From an uncultured Candidatus Pelagibacter sp. (GTDB lineage: Bacteria > Pseudomonadota > Alphaproteobacteria > Pelagibacterales > Pelagibacteraceae): DNA of 64,000 bases. A program made the translations under genes and the position numbers. The notes under the pieces are model-generated. The model worked only from the letters and a program-made list of their open reading frames with translations. It searched no databases and was not told where the DNA came from. Location of the stretch: assembly GCA_964465855.1 (NCBI GenBank), contig CAYXLK010000001.1, positions 3,600 to 67,599 of the forward strand. The letters run 5' to 3'. Shown piece after piece: positions 39,772-49,724 of the stretch (position 1 is its first letter; each line of letters begins with the position of its first letter).

Positions 39772-40369
39772 ATTTCGTTATTAACTTTACTTTTTCTTTT
39801 TTGTTATTCATTTCTAGTTTTAAATCACCTGTTATCATGTCAATAATTATTTTGTCTGTATTTAAATTTAAGTAATTATTTTTATAAACAACATTATTGT
39901 AAATTTTTGAAATTTTTTTCGTAAATAATAAATCTAAATTTTCAGATAAAATTGAATTGTCTAAATATTCAATCTTAACATTATTAAAAAACAATGTGTC
40001 ATGATATACTTTGTCATATATTGCATCATTTGAATAAACGTTAATTATACCTTTATTTTTTAGATTTATAATTGATATCACTTTTTCCAATTTAACTTTA
40101 TTGCTATTACTATTATTTTCATCTAGTTCTATTATTGCTCTTTTAGCATTTATATAAAAAGTATTTCCTTTATTATCTGAGGAATTATATTCGATGTTAT
40201 TTAATTCATTTGCTATTTTATTGTCTAAATTATGATCTACTTGTTCTATATTTTCAGATAAAGTTGACGTTTTAGAATCTTTATTTAATAAGAATGTATA
40301 ATATAAAATTGATAATATTACTAATATACTTAAAATCAATATTGCTTGAAAAATTAAATTTAGTTTCAT
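39758..40369 (-). CDS. lptC: LptC-like LPS export protein
   Basis: N-terminal TM plus beta-jellyroll-like periplasmic part; located between kdsD and lptB. Confidence 0.7.
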   Translation of the reverse strand: MKLNLIFQAILILSILVILSILYYTFLLNKDSKTSTLSENIEQVDHNLDNKIANELNNIEYNSSDNKGNTFYINAKRAIIELDENNSNSNKVKLEKVISIINLKNKGIINVYSNDAIYDKVYHDTLFFNNVKIEYLDNSILSENLDLLFTKKISKIYNNVVYKNNYLNLNTDKIIIDMITGDLKLEMNNKKEKVKLITKYEFN

Positions 40370-40371
40370 CT

Positions 40372-41343
40372 TTAGACAATATTAGCATTTAAAATATTAT
40401 GCATATGAATTAATCCAATCGTTTTTTTTTTATTTTTACCAAAAACACATAAAGCTGTAATTTTTTTATTATTCATTATTGTTAAAGCTTCCACGGCTAA
40501 AGTGTTTAAATTGACTACTATTGGATTTTTTTTCATTACTTTTTTGATTATTATGTTATTTATATTTTCTGACTTATAATTAATTCTTTTAAAATCTCCA
40601 TCAGAAATTATACCTGTTGTGTTTCCTTTTTTATTAACAGCAATTAATACACCCAAGTTTTTATTATTAGAAACTTTTAAAGCAGACTTAATATTGGAAT
40701 TTTCATTTATAAAAGGAATTTCTTTTCCTTTATACATAAGTTCACCAACTGTTTTTAATTTTGCGCCTAGACTTCCACTTGGGTGAAATTTTTTAAAATC
40801 AAGTTTGGAAAACTTTCTTTGTTTAATCGTTGATATTGCAAGAGCATCTCCCAAACAAAGCTGAGCCGTAGTACTTGAGGTTGGAATATAATTTCCAGGT
40901 CCCGCCTCTGTTATTTCAGGAAGTAAAAAACTTATATTGCTAGATTTATAAAGCAATGAATTTCTTTTTGATGTTATGCCTACAAGAGTTATATTCTTAT
41001 TCCTTTTTGTATACTGAATAATATTTTTTAATTCAGCGGACTTGCCACTGTGACTGATTATGATAAGTACATCAGCCGTGCTAATCATGCCTAGGTCACC
41101 ATGAGAACAAGATCCGGCATCAACATAAAATGAAGAAATTCCAAGAGATGAAAGAGTTGAAGAAATTTTTTTTGATATAATTCCAGATTTTCCAACTCCA
41201 GATAAAACAACTTTTCCTTTGCATTTTAGAATTGAATTAACTATTTTATCAAAGTCTTTATTAATGGTCTTTTTTAGTTTTTTTAATGCATTAATTTCTA
41301 TTTGAATTACTTCTTTTCCAATTGAAGAAAATCTATTTTTCAT
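40372..41343 (-). CDS. kdsD: Arabinose-5-phosphate isomerase (SIS + CBS)
   Basis: GVGKSG, HGDLG, PTSST, FHPSGSLG, CBS pair. Confidence 0.95.
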   Translation of the reverse strand: MKNRFSSIGKEVIQIEINALKKLKKTINKDFDKIVNSILKCKGKVVLSGVGKSGIISKKISSTLSSLGISSFYVDAGSCSHGDLGMISTADVLIIISHSGKSAELKNIIQYTKRNKNITLVGITSKRNSLLYKSSNISFLLPEITEAGPGNYIPTSSTTAQLCLGDALAISTIKQRKFSKLDFKKFHPSGSLGAKLKTVGELMYKGKEIPFINENSNIKSALKVSNNKNLGVLIAVNKKGNTTGIISDGDFKRINYKSENINNIIIKKVMKKNPIVVNLNTLAVEALTIMNNKKITALCVFGKNKKKTIGLIHMHNILNANIV

Positions 41344-41349
41344 AATTTA

Positions 41350-41967
41350 TTAATGAGACCATATATCTTCTGTAAATAAAGCTAAATCTAAGTCAACTCT
41401 TGTATCAATATAGCTTATAGCTTGCTTATAAAGTTCATATCTTTTCTCTCTTATCAAAATCTCTTTTAAAGATGAATAAATTTTGTGAAGATGTATGACA
41501 TCACCTGCACAATATTTTAGTTGTTTTTCATTTAAAGTGCCGCCAAAATCACTACTCTGTAATTGTTTACTTATCTCAATTCCTATAAATTCTTTTACTA
41601 GGTCTTTTAAACCGTGTCTATCTGAATAGCTTCTTGCAAGTTTACTCATTATTTTTGTACAATTCACATTATTAACTTTGATATTTAAGTATTGTTTTAT
41701 AAAAGTCATATCTGCTCGCGCAAAATGAAATATTTTTTCTATATTTTTGTTACTTAATAGCTTTTTCAGATTTGGAGCATCATAATTTTCTCTATTTAAT
41801 TGAATAATATGTGCATCATTATTGCCAGTCGAAATTTGTACTAGATATAGCTTATCCCTGTTTACATTGAGTCCTGAAAATTCAGAGTCTATTGCCAATG
41901 ACTTTTTGTCATCTAGCTTTATTTCATCTGGCAAATCATTCTTATGTAATTTAATATCAATTTGCAT
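41350..41967 (-). CDS. rnd: Ribonuclease D-like 3'-5' exonuclease (short form)
   Basis: AIDSEF, FHFARAD, CTKI, QSSDFG, YCAGDV. Confidence 0.9.
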   Translation of the reverse strand: MQIDIKLHKNDLPDEIKLDDKKSLAIDSEFSGLNVNRDKLYLVQISTGNNDAHIIQLNRENYDAPNLKKLLSNKNIEKIFHFARADMTFIKQYLNIKVNNVNCTKIMSKLARSYSDRHGLKDLVKEFIGIEISKQLQSSDFGGTLNEKQLKYCAGDVIHLHKIYSSLKEILIREKRYELYKQAISYIDTRVDLDLALFTEDIWSH

Positions 41968-41982
41968 AACTTATATATATAT

Positions 41983-42930
41983 ATGAAACCTAAAGAAATT
42001 CTAGTATTTGGAGCCTCTGGACAAATAGGAAGACATTTATTAAGAAAATTAGCAAAAAAAAATTTTAAAGTTACTGTTATAACAAGAAATCTTCATAGAA
42101 AAGCCTATATCCTTAAGAGTCAAGCAAATGCTGGTTGGTTAAATATTGTTGAACTAGATTCAATTAATAATAATAAATTAAATAAAATTTTTAAAAATAA
42201 AGATATTTGCATAAATCTTATTGGCATATTGAATGAAAAAAATAAATCTTCTTTTCATAACATTCATTGCTTGTTACCGAAAAAATTTGCCGAACTATCA
42301 AAAAAACATAATTTAAAACAATTTATTCATTTGTCAGCATTAGGAGTCGAAGAAGCGGTAGAAAGCAAATATGCATCTAGTAAATTTAATGGTGAAAATG
42401 AAGTTAAAAAAATATTTAATAAATACGTAATTCTTAGACCTTCTTTAGTTTATAGTGTTGATGATAAATTTACTACTATGTTAATGAGTATGCTTAAGTT
42501 ATTTCCATTATTCCCTATATATTATGAAGGGAAAACAATTTTTCATCCTATATATGTTTCAGACATGTGTGAAATAATTGAAAATGTTATTTTAAATGAA
42601 GTAAATTCAGAAATAATAGAGTGTATAGGTCCAGAGAAAATTACCTTTAAAGAAATTTTAGAAAAGTTACTCAAAATATTGGCAATAAAAAGATTGTTAG
42701 TACCCACACCTTTGTATTTAGCAAAATTATTTGCAAATTTTTTTGAACTATTAATGAAAAATCCTTTATTAACCAAGGATCAATTAATCCTCCTTAAGAG
42801 CAATAACTCACCATCGGGAAAATATAAAACAAATTTAGATTTAAAAATTAACTCTGATTTAAAATTTTTTGATAAAGAGATTTTAAAATATTCATATATG
42901 TGGAAAGATGGTGGTGAATTTTCTAAATAA
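41983..42930 (+). CDS. Complex I NDUFA9-like NAD(P)-binding SDR
   Basis: GASGQIG, INLIGIL, HLSALG, YASSK, LRPS. Confidence 0.88.
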   Translation: MKPKEILVFGASGQIGRHLLRKLAKKNFKVTVITRNLHRKAYILKSQANAGWLNIVELDSINNNKLNKIFKNKDICINLIGILNEKNKSSFHNIHCLLPKKFAELSKKHNLKQFIHLSALGVEEAVESKYASSKFNGENEVKKIFNKYVILRPSLVYSVDDKFTTMLMSMLKLFPLFPIYYEGKTIFHPIYVSDMCEIIENVILNEVNSEIIECIGPEKITFKEILEKLLKILAIKRLLVPTPLYLAKLFANFFELLMKNPLLTKDQLILLKSNNSPSGKYKTNLDLKINSDLKFFDKEILKYSYMWKDGGEFSK

Positions 42931-42955
42931 ATTAAATAATCAATATTTTATAATT

Positions 42956-43450
42956 TTAAGCTGATTTAATTTTTTTTTCTAAAAAAGCTGGGGCATCGTC
43001 ATTTTTATGTGAAGCTTCTTCTTTTTTACCTTTGGGTTGATAAACCATCATTAGATGTAAAGGACAATATGAAAATTTTTCTATTGTTTTTCTTCCACAA
43101 AAAGAAGAACTTTTCTCATTTGGATGTCCTTCCATATATTTACAAGTATTCTCATTTAATTCTTCTAAAGAAATATTTTTAGCCTCTTCAAAATTTTTAT
43201 CTAATACTAAACTTCTAAATTTTGATCTTATATTATTATTATTTAATTTTTTCTCAAAATTTTGATTTTTTAAAACAAATTTTTTTGAACCAACTCTAGT
43301 ATTGACTTTTATAGACAAATTAAGTCTATGAGCTTTGCCAATAACTGCATTTCTACTAACACCACCAATCAACAAGGCTATTTGGGATGCTGTTTTGCCT
43401 TTACCCCACTCATTTTTTAATATTTCAATTTTTTTTTCGTCCCAACTCAT
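42956..43450 (-). CDS. gcrA: GcrA cell-cycle regulator
   Basis: MSW...W..GKTASQIA...GVSRNAVIGKAHRL; C-terminal CK...P...FCG...YC..H; start at 43450. Confidence 0.93.
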   Translation of the reverse strand: MSWDEKKIEILKNEWGKGKTASQIALLIGGVSRNAVIGKAHRLNLSIKVNTRVGSKKFVLKNQNFEKKLNNNNIRSKFRSLVLDKNFEEAKNISLEELNENTCKYMEGHPNEKSSSFCGRKTIEKFSYCPLHLMMVYQPKGKKEEASHKNDDAPAFLEKKIKSA

Positions 43451-43547
43451 AAATACTAAATATTGTATGTTATAAAATATTATATACAACATCATGTACA
43501 CATAAAACTTATTTTTTATCAAGTTTTTTTTTCGATTTTTTAACAAT

Positions 43548-43571
43548 TTTTTGAATTTTTGAATTTTTGAA
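43548..43571. repeat. 8-bp tandem repeat TTTTTGAA x3 in the gcrA/argD divergent promoter region
   Basis: Read directly from sequence. Confidence 0.6.
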
Positions 43572-43641
43572 ATTTAACCAAAGGTTGAATTTTATATAAG
43601 TTAATATGATTTATATGTGTATAAGATGAAATTAAAATTTT

Positions 43642-44814
43642 ATGACATCATTAGTTAACAATTATAATAGAAGAAAAATCTCTTTCATAAAAGGCAAAGG
43701 GAGTTTTTTATACACTTATAGTGGAAAGAAATACTTGGATTTCGTTCAAGGAATAGCCGTTAATTCATTAGGTCATAGCAATCCATATTTATCTAGAGCT
43801 TTAAAAAAACAAGCGGGAAAAGTTTGGCATGTATCCAATGCATTTTTAATACCTGAGGGAGAAAAATTAGCAAAAAGATTAACAAAAAAAACTTTTGCCC
43901 AAAAAGTAATGTTCCAAAACAGTGGAGCGGAGGCAACTGAAGCAGCTATAAAAGTTGCGAGAAAGTATTTTTATTCAATTGGAAAAAAAGAGAAAAATAG
44001 AATTATTTGTATAAGAAATTCATTTCACGGTAGAACTCTAGCTACAATTAGCGCTAGCGGATCAAAAAAAAACACCGAGGGATTCGGACCAAATATGCCC
44101 GGCTTTGATCATTTTGATTATGGAGATCATAAAAAACTTAGAAAACTTATTACAAAAAAAACAGCCGCTATCATGGTGGAAACAATAATGGGTGAAGGGG
44201 GAATTAAAGTCATACCAGATTGGCGTTTAAAGGAATTAAGAAAGATATGTAACAAAAAAAAAATTTTGTTGATTTTAGATGAGGTACAGTGTGGCATTGG
44301 AAGAACAGGGAAATTTTTTGCATTTGAACATGCTAATGTTAAACCAGATATAGTCCCTATTGCAAAAGGAATTGGAAGTGGATTTCCAATAGGAGCAGTT
44401 TTAATGACCAAAAAAGTTGCAAAATATATGCTTCCGGGTTCTCATGGATCTACATTTGGAGGAAATCCATTAGCAATGTCTGTCGGAAATGCAGTTTTAG
44501 ATCAAATATATAAAAAGAATTTTTTAAAAAATGTTACAAAACTATCTAATTATTTTTTAGATGAACTAAAGAAAATTAAAGATAAACACTCAAAAATAAT
44601 TAAAGAAATAAGAGGAAAAGGTTTATTTATCGGTATACAATTACACTTTGATCAAAGCAAGTTTATAAAATCTTTGGAGAAAAATTATTTATTAACCATT
44701 AGAGCTGCAGAAAATGTTATAAGAATATTACCACCTTTAAATGTTAGCATTAACGAAATTAATATAGCTTTAAAAATAATTAAAAAAGTTTGCAAAGAGT
44801 ATAGCAACTCATGA
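43642..44814 (+). CDS. argD: Acetylornithine aminotransferase
   Basis: NSGAEA, FHGRT, DEVQCG, AKGIG, HGSTFGGNP. Confidence 0.96.
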   Translation: MTSLVNNYNRRKISFIKGKGSFLYTYSGKKYLDFVQGIAVNSLGHSNPYLSRALKKQAGKVWHVSNAFLIPEGEKLAKRLTKKTFAQKVMFQNSGAEATEAAIKVARKYFYSIGKKEKNRIICIRNSFHGRTLATISASGSKKNTEGFGPNMPGFDHFDYGDHKKLRKLITKKTAAIMVETIMGEGGIKVIPDWRLKELRKICNKKKILLILDEVQCGIGRTGKFFAFEHANVKPDIVPIAKGIGSGFPIGAVLMTKKVAKYMLPGSHGSTFGGNPLAMSVGNAVLDQIYKKNFLKNVTKLSNYFLDELKKIKDKHSKIIKEIRGKGLFIGIQLHFDQSKFIKSLEKNYLLTIRAAENVIRILPPLNVSINEINIALKIIKKVCKEYSNS

Positions 44815-45740
44815 AAAATTTTATAAATCTTAAAGATATTCCAGCTAAAGATTTAAGAAAAATACTTAATGATGCAAAAAAAAGAAAAATAAAAAGAAAA
44901 AAACTAAGTACTCTTGATGTTGATATTGATCAGTCATTAAAGGGAAAATTACTAATTCAAATGTATGAAAAAGAAAGTTCAAGGACGCGTCTAAGCTTTC
45001 ATCTTGCAATAAATCAACTTGGAGGAGGAGCAATAACCATCAAAGCAAATGAACTGCATTTAGGAAAAGGCGGAGAAAGTTTGGCCGATACAGCAAAAAT
45101 TTTATCTACTTATGGTGATGGCTTTATGCTTAGAACTGATAGTGATAAAAAAATAGAGGAATTTAGTAAATATTTAACAATACCTATAATTAATGGTTTA
45201 AGTCCGTCTTCACATCCAACACAAGTTCTTTCAGATGTATTTACTGTTGAAGAGATAAAAAAAAAACCAATATCAAAATTAAAAATAAGCTGGATTGGAG
45301 ATTGTAATAATGTTCTTAATAGTTTGATTGCAGCATCTGTAAAATTTTCCTTTAATTTGAACATTGGATGTCCAAAAAATTATAGACCTCCAAAATTTGT
45401 AATGAATTGGGTAAAAAAAAATAATAGAAAAATTAATATATTTGATGATCCAAAAAAAGCAGTTAAAAATTCAGATGTAATATTTTCAGATAAAGTTTTT
45501 TCTTTGAACGACAAAGTAAACAAAGCAAAGAAAATTAAAGATTTTAAAAATTATCAAATAAATTATAAACTGATGAAGTTTGCAAAAAAAGATGTAATTT
45601 TTTTACATTGTCTTCCCAGAGGCAATGAAGTTTCTGAAGAAGTATTCTTAGGAAAACAATCTAAAGTTTGGCAACAAGCTCTTAATAGAGTCCATGTACA
45701 AAAAAGTATTTTATTATATTGTTTTAATAAATTAAGGTAG
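44811..45740 (+). CDS. argF: Ornithine carbamoyltransferase
   Basis: SSRTRLSF, HPTQ, GDCNNV, HCLP. Confidence 0.92.
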   Translation: MKNFINLKDIPAKDLRKILNDAKKRKIKRKKLSTLDVDIDQSLKGKLLIQMYEKESSRTRLSFHLAINQLGGGAITIKANELHLGKGGESLADTAKILSTYGDGFMLRTDSDKKIEEFSKYLTIPIINGLSPSSHPTQVLSDVFTVEEIKKKPISKLKISWIGDCNNVLNSLIAASVKFSFNLNIGCPKNYRPPKFVMNWVKKNNRKINIFDDPKKAVKNSDVIFSDKVFSLNDKVNKAKKIKDFKNYQINYKLMKFAKKDVIFLHCLPRGNEVSEEVFLGKQSKVWQQALNRVHVQKSILLYCFNKLR

Positions 45741-46259
45741 TGGTCTAGGATTATCACTATTTTGATTTAAATACAAAATTACGGATGCTCTGTCTTTTTC
45801 AGATTTAAGTCCAGCAAAACCCATCTTATTTTGAGGTATCCATTTTGATGGTTTAATTAAAAAACCATTTAACTCTTCCCAGCTCCATTCTTTACCGTAA
45901 GAAGCTAAAGCTTTAGAATACTTATAATCAGCTACTGATCCAACAGGACGAAAAACTACATTCCACAATGCACTGCCAATTTTGTTGCCTCCACCTTTGT
46001 TAACGCTATGACATGCAGCACACTTTTTAAATATTTTCTTACCATGTTCCACATCACCCATTGCTAAGAAGGCTGATAAATCGATAGATGTTTCTGCGCT
46101 AGTTGTAGTTGCCGTTGTATTTTCTGCAGAAACTTCAACTTTGTAAGCTACAACGTTTGTCTCTGTTTGAAAAATTAAATCACTTACTTTTCCTATACCA
46201 AAAACCACCAAAATTGTTACTAAAACCGCAACTATAATTTTATTTATTTCAAAACCCAT
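45732..46259 (-). CDS. cycM: Membrane-anchored cytochrome c (CycM/cy type)
   Basis: N-terminal TM, CAACH, KMGFAGL. Confidence 0.92.
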   Translation of the reverse strand: MGFEINKIIVAVLVTILVVFGIGKVSDLIFQTETNVVAYKVEVSAENTTATTTSAETSIDLSAFLAMGDVEHGKKIFKKCAACHSVNKGGGNKIGSALWNVVFRPVGSVADYKYSKALASYGKEWSWEELNGFLIKPSKWIPQNKMGFAGLKSEKDRASVILYLNQNSDNPRPLP

Positions 46260-46360
46260 AATTCAATATTATAAATTGGGCTTATAACATTAATTTAAAA
46301 ATAAATACTAAATTTTATTTTCTTGTTATGCGCTGCAAAGACGCACAAACAACAAATTTT

Positions 46361-47098
46361 ATGACAAAAACTATTATTTTAATACCGTCTAGACTAAGCG
46401 CCTCTAGGTTACCAAACAAACCTCTGCTTAAAATTAATAATAAATCAATCATTAACCATGTTTATGAAAAAGGACACTCTACAAATATTGGCGATGTATA
46501 TGTTGCTACAAGTGATAATGAAATATTTGATGAAGTCCTAAAAAACAAAGGCAAATGTATACTTACAAAAAAAGAGCATATGACTGGAACAGATCGAATA
46601 TTTGAAGCTTATGAAAGTCTTAAAAGAAACGATATAGATTATATCATAAATTTACAGGGAGACGAACCCATGATTGATATAAATGATATTATAGATTTAA
46701 ATAATTTTGTAATTCAACATAACTCTGAGATAGCAACACTCGGATGCAAATTAGAAAGAAAAAATATTGAAAATCAAAATGTAGTTAAGGTTATCACAAA
46801 CGAAGATATTAAAAAAAATAAATTTTCCTCAGCTAAATTTTTTTTTAGAACCTTGGAAAATAAAAAATCAGAAAATGTTTTTCATCACATTGGAATATAT
46901 ATTTATAAAGTTTCAATACTTGAAAAATTTGTAAGTTTAAAACAATCTTCAAATGAATTAAAATTTAAATTAGAACAGCTAAGGGCTTTAGACAACAATA
47001 TTAAAATTGACGTAATTTTCGCGAATTCTACACCTTTAGGAGTAGATACTCATAAAGATTATCTGGAAATAAAAAAACTTATGGAATATAAGTCTTAA
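46361..47098 (+). CDS. kdsB: CMP-KDO synthetase
   Basis: SRLPNKPL, TGTDR, NLQGDEP, HIGIY, LEQLR, GVDT; ATG at 46361. Confidence 0.96.
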   Translation: MTKTIILIPSRLSASRLPNKPLLKINNKSIINHVYEKGHSTNIGDVYVATSDNEIFDEVLKNKGKCILTKKEHMTGTDRIFEAYESLKRNDIDYIINLQGDEPMIDINDIIDLNNFVIQHNSEIATLGCKLERKNIENQNVVKVITNEDIKKNKFSSAKFFFRTLENKKSENVFHHIGIYIYKVSILEKFVSLKQSSNELKFKLEQLRALDNNIKIDVIFANSTPLGVDTHKDYLEIKKLMEYKS

Positions 47099-47101
47099 AT
47101 T

Positions 47102-47929
47102 ATGAAAATAGCTTACCAAGGTGTTGCAGGAAGCTACAGTGAAAGCTGCGCAAAAAATAACTATCCGGGTTGCGAGACGATTTCGTGCAAAACTTTTGAT
47201 GAATGTTTTGAGATGGCAAGTAGTGATAATACTATTAGAGCAATTATACCCGAGTCTAACAAAACAACAGGAAATATTGGTATAGAATATTTAATTTTTA
47301 AATTTAGACTTAATATTTATGCAGAGCATTTTTATAAGATCAGCCATAATTTATTAGGTTTGAAGGGAAGCAAAATTAATGATATTAAAGATGTCTATTC
47401 TCACGCACAAGCTTTGAGTCAATCATCAATATTTATAAAAAAAAATAATCTAACTGAAAATGTAAGAGCAGATACAGCTGGTTCAGCAAAGTTTATATTA
47501 GACAACAAAGATAAAACAAAAGCAGCTATTGCCTCCAGTCTAAGTGCAGAGATTTATGACTTAGAAATAATAGAAACAGACATGCAAGACAATAAAGAAA
47601 ATTACACAAGATTCTTGTTGATGGGAAAAGATATTATGCAACCTGAAAATGATAACAAATTATATGTAACATCTTTTCTTTTCAAACTTAAAAGCAAACC
47701 AGCGGCTCTTTACAGCGCATTACAAGGAATGGCAATTAATGGTGTAAACATGATAAAATTACAAAGTTTTCCAGAAAAAAATTCTTTTTCATCTTACTTT
47801 TTTTTATGTGAAGTTGAAGGTCACATAGATGACCAAAAAATTAAAAATTCTCTAGAAGATCTTAATTATCATTGTGAAGATATGAGTGTTTTAGGGGTTT
47901 TCGAAGCAGATAAACTTAGAAAAAAATAA
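47102..47929 (+). CDS. pheA: Prephenate dehydratase
   Basis: AYQG..GSYS, SHAQAL.Q, DTAGSA, NYTRF, ACT domain. Confidence 0.95.
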   Translation: MKIAYQGVAGSYSESCAKNNYPGCETISCKTFDECFEMASSDNTIRAIIPESNKTTGNIGIEYLIFKFRLNIYAEHFYKISHNLLGLKGSKINDIKDVYSHAQALSQSSIFIKKNNLTENVRADTAGSAKFILDNKDKTKAAIASSLSAEIYDLEIIETDMQDNKENYTRFLLMGKDIMQPENDNKLYVTSFLFKLKSKPAALYSALQGMAINGVNMIKLQSFPEKNSFSSYFFLCEVEGHIDDQKIKNSLEDLNYHCEDMSVLGVFEADKLRKK

Positions 47930-47973
47930 GATATCATATTGAAGATTTGAATTTATTACTGATATAATGTTAT

Positions 47974-48062
47974 GGGGGCCAGCCAGGTGAAAGTACCATG
48001 AATTCCCCCAGGTCTTAATGGAAGCAAGGGTATTGAGTATTTATTCAGGTTGGCTGGTCTCC
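47974..48062 (+). ncRNA. ffs: SRP RNA (4.5S)
   Basis: GGGGGCCAGCCA pairs with TGGCTGGTCTCC; domain IV CAGG-TCT-TAAT-GGA-AGCA; TTGAAG-18 nt-TATAAT upstream; lies before dnaX. Confidence 0.88.
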
Positions 48063-48074
48063 TAATTAAATTTT

Positions 48075-49724
48075 ATGAATTCAAATAGTAAAGTATTAGC
48101 TCTAAAATATAGACCGCAAACCTTTGACGAATTAATAGGTCAAAAAGTTATAGCTGAAAGCATTTATAATTCAATTAAACTAAATAAAGTCCCAAATGCT
48201 TATATGTTTCTTGGAATTAGAGGGTCAGGAAAAACAAGCACAGCAAGAATTGTTGCAAAAGCTCTAAATTGCAAAAATGGAGTAGAAAATTTATGCACAA
48301 AAGATTTTTGTGAAAATTGTCAGTCTATTATTGATGGAAATAATATTGATATTTTAGAAATCGATGCTGCCAGCAAAACAAGCGTTGATGATGTAAGAGA
48401 GTTAATTGAATTTTCTAGGTACAAGCCCACTTCAGCAAAATATAAAATATTTATTTGTGATGAAGTTCACATGTTTTCAAAATCTGCATTTGCAGCTCTT
48501 CTTAAAACTTTAGAGGAACCACCACCTTATCTAAAATTTATATTTGCTAGCACAGATGTAAAAAAAATACCTGTAACAATAATATCAAGATGTCAAAGGT
48601 ATGATCTGTCAAGGATCAATTCAGAAGAATTATTTGAGTATTTAGTTAAAATTAAGGATTTAGAAAATGGAAAGATTACCGATGATGCTATTAAATTAAT
48701 TGTAAAATTATCGGAAGGTTCAGTAAGGGACTCCTTATCTTTACTTGATAGAGCTTTGCTAGTTGAAAATAATGGTAAAGAACTTGATCTTTATATGGCT
48801 CAGAAAATTTTTGGTTATTTTGAAAAAAGTATAATAATAGATTTAATTGGACATATTTTAGAAGGCAGAGAAGAAAATACTCTTAAGTTATATAGAAAAA
48901 TCTATAATTCAGGTGTCGAGTCCAAAGTTTTCTTAAATGAATTTTTAGAAGTACTCTATTATATAAAAAATATAGATTTTATAAATTTAGATGGAACAAA
49001 CTTTGACTTAAATGATAAAGAATTTGATAAAATAAAAACTTTATCAAAAAAACTTTCCAAAAAGGATATACTTTTGTTGTGGCAATTTACACTAAACAAT
49101 CTTGAGAAGATAGATATTATAAAAAATCAACATCAATTTGTTGAAATGTTTTTAATTAGATCACTGTTTCTTAAAAAAATTTTGAAAGGTGAAAAAGATC
49201 TACAAATTGATGATTTAAAAAAAGATTTAAATATTAATAAAATTACAGTTGAAAATAAAATTCAAGTCAAACAAGACACCATAGATCAACTAAAAAATGT
49301 TGAGCAAGAGGAAAAAATAATTACAACGCCAGAAGAAAAAAATAAAGTTGAAAATAATCAAATTAAAAGTTTTAAAGAACTAATTGAACTTTGTGAAGAA
49401 AAGAAAGAGTTAAAAATTAAATATGAACTTGAAAATAATTTGAGATTAGTAAGTTTTAAAAATCAGAAAATTGAAATTTCTTTTAATTCAAATCTTGATA
49501 AAACATTTGTAAAAGAATTAACCGCAAAACTGCTAGAATGGACCAATAAAAGATGGATTATAGCTTTTTCCAAAGAAGATGGTTCACCAACTATAAAAAA
49601 ACAAAAAAAAGATTTAGAAGTAAATTTATTAAAAAAAGAATCTGAGGCGGAGTTTTCCAAAGAAGTTAAAAAAAAATTTCCTGATTCAGAACTTGTAAAA
49701 TTAGAAGAGGAGAATAAATCATGA
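48075..49724 (+). CDS. dnaX: DNA polymerase III gamma/tau
   Basis: LKYRPQTF, GIRGSGKT, EIDAAS, DEVHM, SRC, GSVRD. Confidence 0.97.
   Translation: MNSNSKVLALKYRPQTFDELIGQKVIAESIYNSIKLNKVPNAYMFLGIRGSGKTSTARIVAKALNCKNGVENLCTKDFCENCQSIIDGNNIDILEIDAASKTSVDDVRELIEFSRYKPTSAKYKIFICDEVHMFSKSAFAALLKTLEEPPPYLKFIFASTDVKKIPVTIISRCQRYDLSRINSEELFEYLVKIKDLENGKITDDAIKLIVKLSEGSVRDSLSLLDRALLVENNGKELDLYMAQKIFGYFEKSIIIDLIGHILEGREENTLKLYRKIYNSGVESKVFLNEFLEVLYYIKNIDFINLDGTNFDLNDKEFDKIKTLSKKLSKKDILLLWQFTLNNLEKIDIIKNQHQFVEMFLIRSLFLKKILKGEKDLQIDDLKKDLNINKITVENKIQVKQDTIDQLKNVEQEEKIITTPEEKNKVENNQIKSFKELIELCEEKKELKIKYELENNLRLVSFKNQKIEISFNSNLDKTFVKELTAKLLEWTNKRWIIAFSKEDGSPTIKKQKKDLEVNLLKKESEAEFSKEVKKKFPDSELVKLEEENKS

Noticed and set aside
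43540-43588. Two TTAA-N7-TTGA CtrA-like sites upstream of gcrA
   Set aside because: Imperfect matches in very AT-rich DNA, and CtrA is reported absent from Pelagibacter.
49210-49230. A-run in dnaX resembling the gamma/tau frameshift site
   Set aside because: A6-A8 runs are ubiquitous here, and no stimulatory hairpin or internal SD is evident.
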